Shown here: positions 61,796-64,000 of the stretch, piece by piece
Numbering within the stretch: position 1 is the stretch's first letter
Layout: each line of letters begins with the position of its first letter
Origin: Chiloscyllium plagiosum
Lineage: Eukaryota
Assembly: GCF_004010195.1 (NCBI RefSeq)
Contig: NC_057711.1
Coordinates: 80,191,457-80,255,456 of the forward strand
Length of the DNA stretch: 64,000 nucleotides
Reading direction: 5' to 3'
Program-made: the position numbers and the translations under genes
Notes under the pieces: model-generated
The model's input: the letters and a program-made list of their open reading frames with translations, nothing else
Told to the model about the DNA's origin: nothing
The model's database searches: none

Positions 61796-64000
61796 ATGAT
61801 TTTTGCTGTTTGTTAAATTTTCTTAAACAAACTCCAATGTCTAGAGCTACATGAAATCAAACAGCAGAGGCAGTAGCTGTGCAGATTCGCTGCTGGATCA
61901 GACAGCCGTGCAGATTTCTTTCAGGTTTTGAAATACTTCCCATGTGGTCATTGCCACTACTTTTGTCTGTCTTCCTCCTTTTGTAAAGTGCCGTTATTTT
62001 GATCTTTGTTCGTCCCGAAGTTCCAAATCAATGCAACGGCTTATAAAACAGTAACTGCTGCTCCTAGAACTTGAGGAATTCAGCTCCAACATTGAAAAAC
62101 AGCTCTGACAGCCACAATTTTTTCTGTCAATATGATAATTCTCTGAGGTTCTGGTCCTGAAACTACCTTTTTTGACATAGTTGAATGGATGAGTTTAATC
62201 CATTATTTCATCTTAGGCCAGACAAGATTCAGGTTTCTTCATTCAAACATTTATTTATACATGCATGGATATGGACATATAAAAAATGGCATATGAATCA
62301 AATTTTTAATACACAAACATAGGTTTTGTACAATATTTACAGATAGCAAGCTCCAATTGACTATTCCCACAGATAATAATTTCCAATAAAATTTCACACA
62401 CTTATTCACCTAGATTTCTACCAATTGAGTTTACAGGTCTACATTCCAGGTCGGCTACATGTCTATATTTTCCAATCATATTCAAGCTAATAGATGTTAT
62501 TATACTACCTAATCATATCTTAACATGTTTATGCGTAGCTGTAAATACATCTTGTAACTGTTAGTACGTACTTGTGATTATCAAAACAATCTGCACTGCC
62601 TATTTTTCTCTCTGTCAATCGTGTCCTTGACCAATTGAAGCCTTTTGTAGGCAGGTATGTTATTAGAGGATTTTCCTAGTTGTGAAGGAAGATGAGTATA
62701 CCGGTGGTGTGTGCGCGGGTGAGGTCTGTATGTCCCTTTTTGTTCAAAATGTGAACCATGTGGATATGTAAGAGGCAGTCTCACTGTGTTGCTTTTCATC
62801 CAAGATGAATAGGTGAAAGAAGCAATTGAGCAGAATGAACCATTTGATGGAAATATCATCACCCAACATTTTGTTTGTCAAACCTATACAGTGGCAAACT
62901 TATCATTGTAGGATTAGTCATATAATTATAAAGGATTAAGTAGAGTTTGACATTTAATCCTGGCAGATTGCAAGAGATCATTCAGCCCCTTGCAGTATTG
63001 AACCTGTCACACCACTACATTACTTGTGATTGCCTAAGCCATCTCCATCCACACTGCCATTGTCAGGCTGGATGGACTCTTGTCCTTGTGTGAACACGCA
63101 CCCACACACACCCTGCAGAATCAAATTTATGAAGCAGTCACTAAATTTTGGCATTGTCTTCTGTCTCTGTTCTATCATCTCTAGAGTTGGGTGGATGTCA
63201 AGATGCTAGAATATTCTGCTTCCCAGTGACTGAACAGCTGTTCAGGTATTTTCTTTCAATATGGCACTGGAAAGTATCTACAGTGGCCAGACCTCCTGCC
63301 TGCCCACCAGTAAATGCTGCCATTCTACCCTGTTTGAATATGGCACAAGCTTTAAAGAACATAATCAGCTAAGAAACATAACCCAGACATTTCTCTGCTT
63401 TTCAGATCCACCGTGAGACTTAGCCTCAGAAGAAAATCGTCTACTCATTCTGGTCCATTGAGTAAACAATGATGTTACAATCTGTGCAGGTCATTGATCC
63501 TGGCACTGCCTACTCTAGTAAATCTGCTAAAAGTGATGCTATGCAAATGGGCTACTTCACCAAATGTACTTCTGGTAAAAGAAAGAATTGAGTAACGTAG
63601 CAATATAGAAAACAAGCAAATTTGATAGCCTCGGGAAAGGAATGTTTTTGTTGGTGCAAATTAGCTATAATTTGGATTATTTTATCATGCTATCCTTCAA
63701 ATTTATAAACTGCAGAATGTCATTATTAGAATAAAGAAACAAGTGGAAGATCAAAAGTGTATAACCAATGTGATTAGTATGAACTAATCAGATCTTTAAA
63801 AAGCCAAAAAATTGTCTTCTGAATATTCATGAAGGCAATGTATTTTAATTTCAATATGCATGTTACATTTTTCTCCTCCAAGTTGGGATCTATATGGATG
63901 TTGTCAATGCTGTTAATTAGGTATAGGTTAATAATCTCTTTTGGGAGGTAAAAAACACCTTAATATCATTTCATTCATATCACAGCTGCCAGTTCTGACC

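Larger units (their letters stand above)
52314..62130 (-). mobile_element. Near-full-length CR1/HER1 LINE split into five segments
   Basis: Collinear minus-strand pieces: 3' end and RT 52314-53544; RT 55219-55477; RT start, endonuclease and ORF1 esterase 57320-59462; ORF1 Zn finger (CSSHQMWE..RKC) 60941-61500; probable 5' UTR 61796-62130. Confidence 0.85.

Noticed and set aside
62581..62862. 93-aa minus-strand ORF with a few CpGs
   Set aside because: No recognisable homology and no splice-compatible open frame.

Overview
Eukaryotic, non-genic-looking DNA that is largely a layered graveyard of transposable elements. The repeat families (HE1-type tRNA-derived SINEs, HER1/CR1 LINEs, Deu-domain SINEs, Penelope-like elements) point to a cartilaginous fish, probably a shark; this is inferred from recalled family motifs, not from a database search. 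No intact host protein-coding gene, rRNA, true tRNA or CRISPR array could be supported. Best-resolved structures: (i) a deleted Ty3/Gypsy (Mag-like) LTR element at 100-3810 with a 5-bp TSD, whose 3' LTR holds a young Tx1/L1-type LINE fragment with a 14-bp TSD; (ii) a related solo LTR inside a CR1; (iii) several fold-back Penelope-like insertions whose terminal repeats carry minimal hammerhead-ribozyme cores, including a 224-bp near-perfect hairpin with a 14-bp TSD; (iv) a near-full-length minus-strand CR1 (about 52.3-62.1 kb) split by four nested insertions; (v) decayed PIF/Harbinger transposase and Myb/SANT remnants. A few splice-bounded open frames in unique sequence could be exons of an unidentified gene but may be chance. 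Boundaries of old repeats are approximate.
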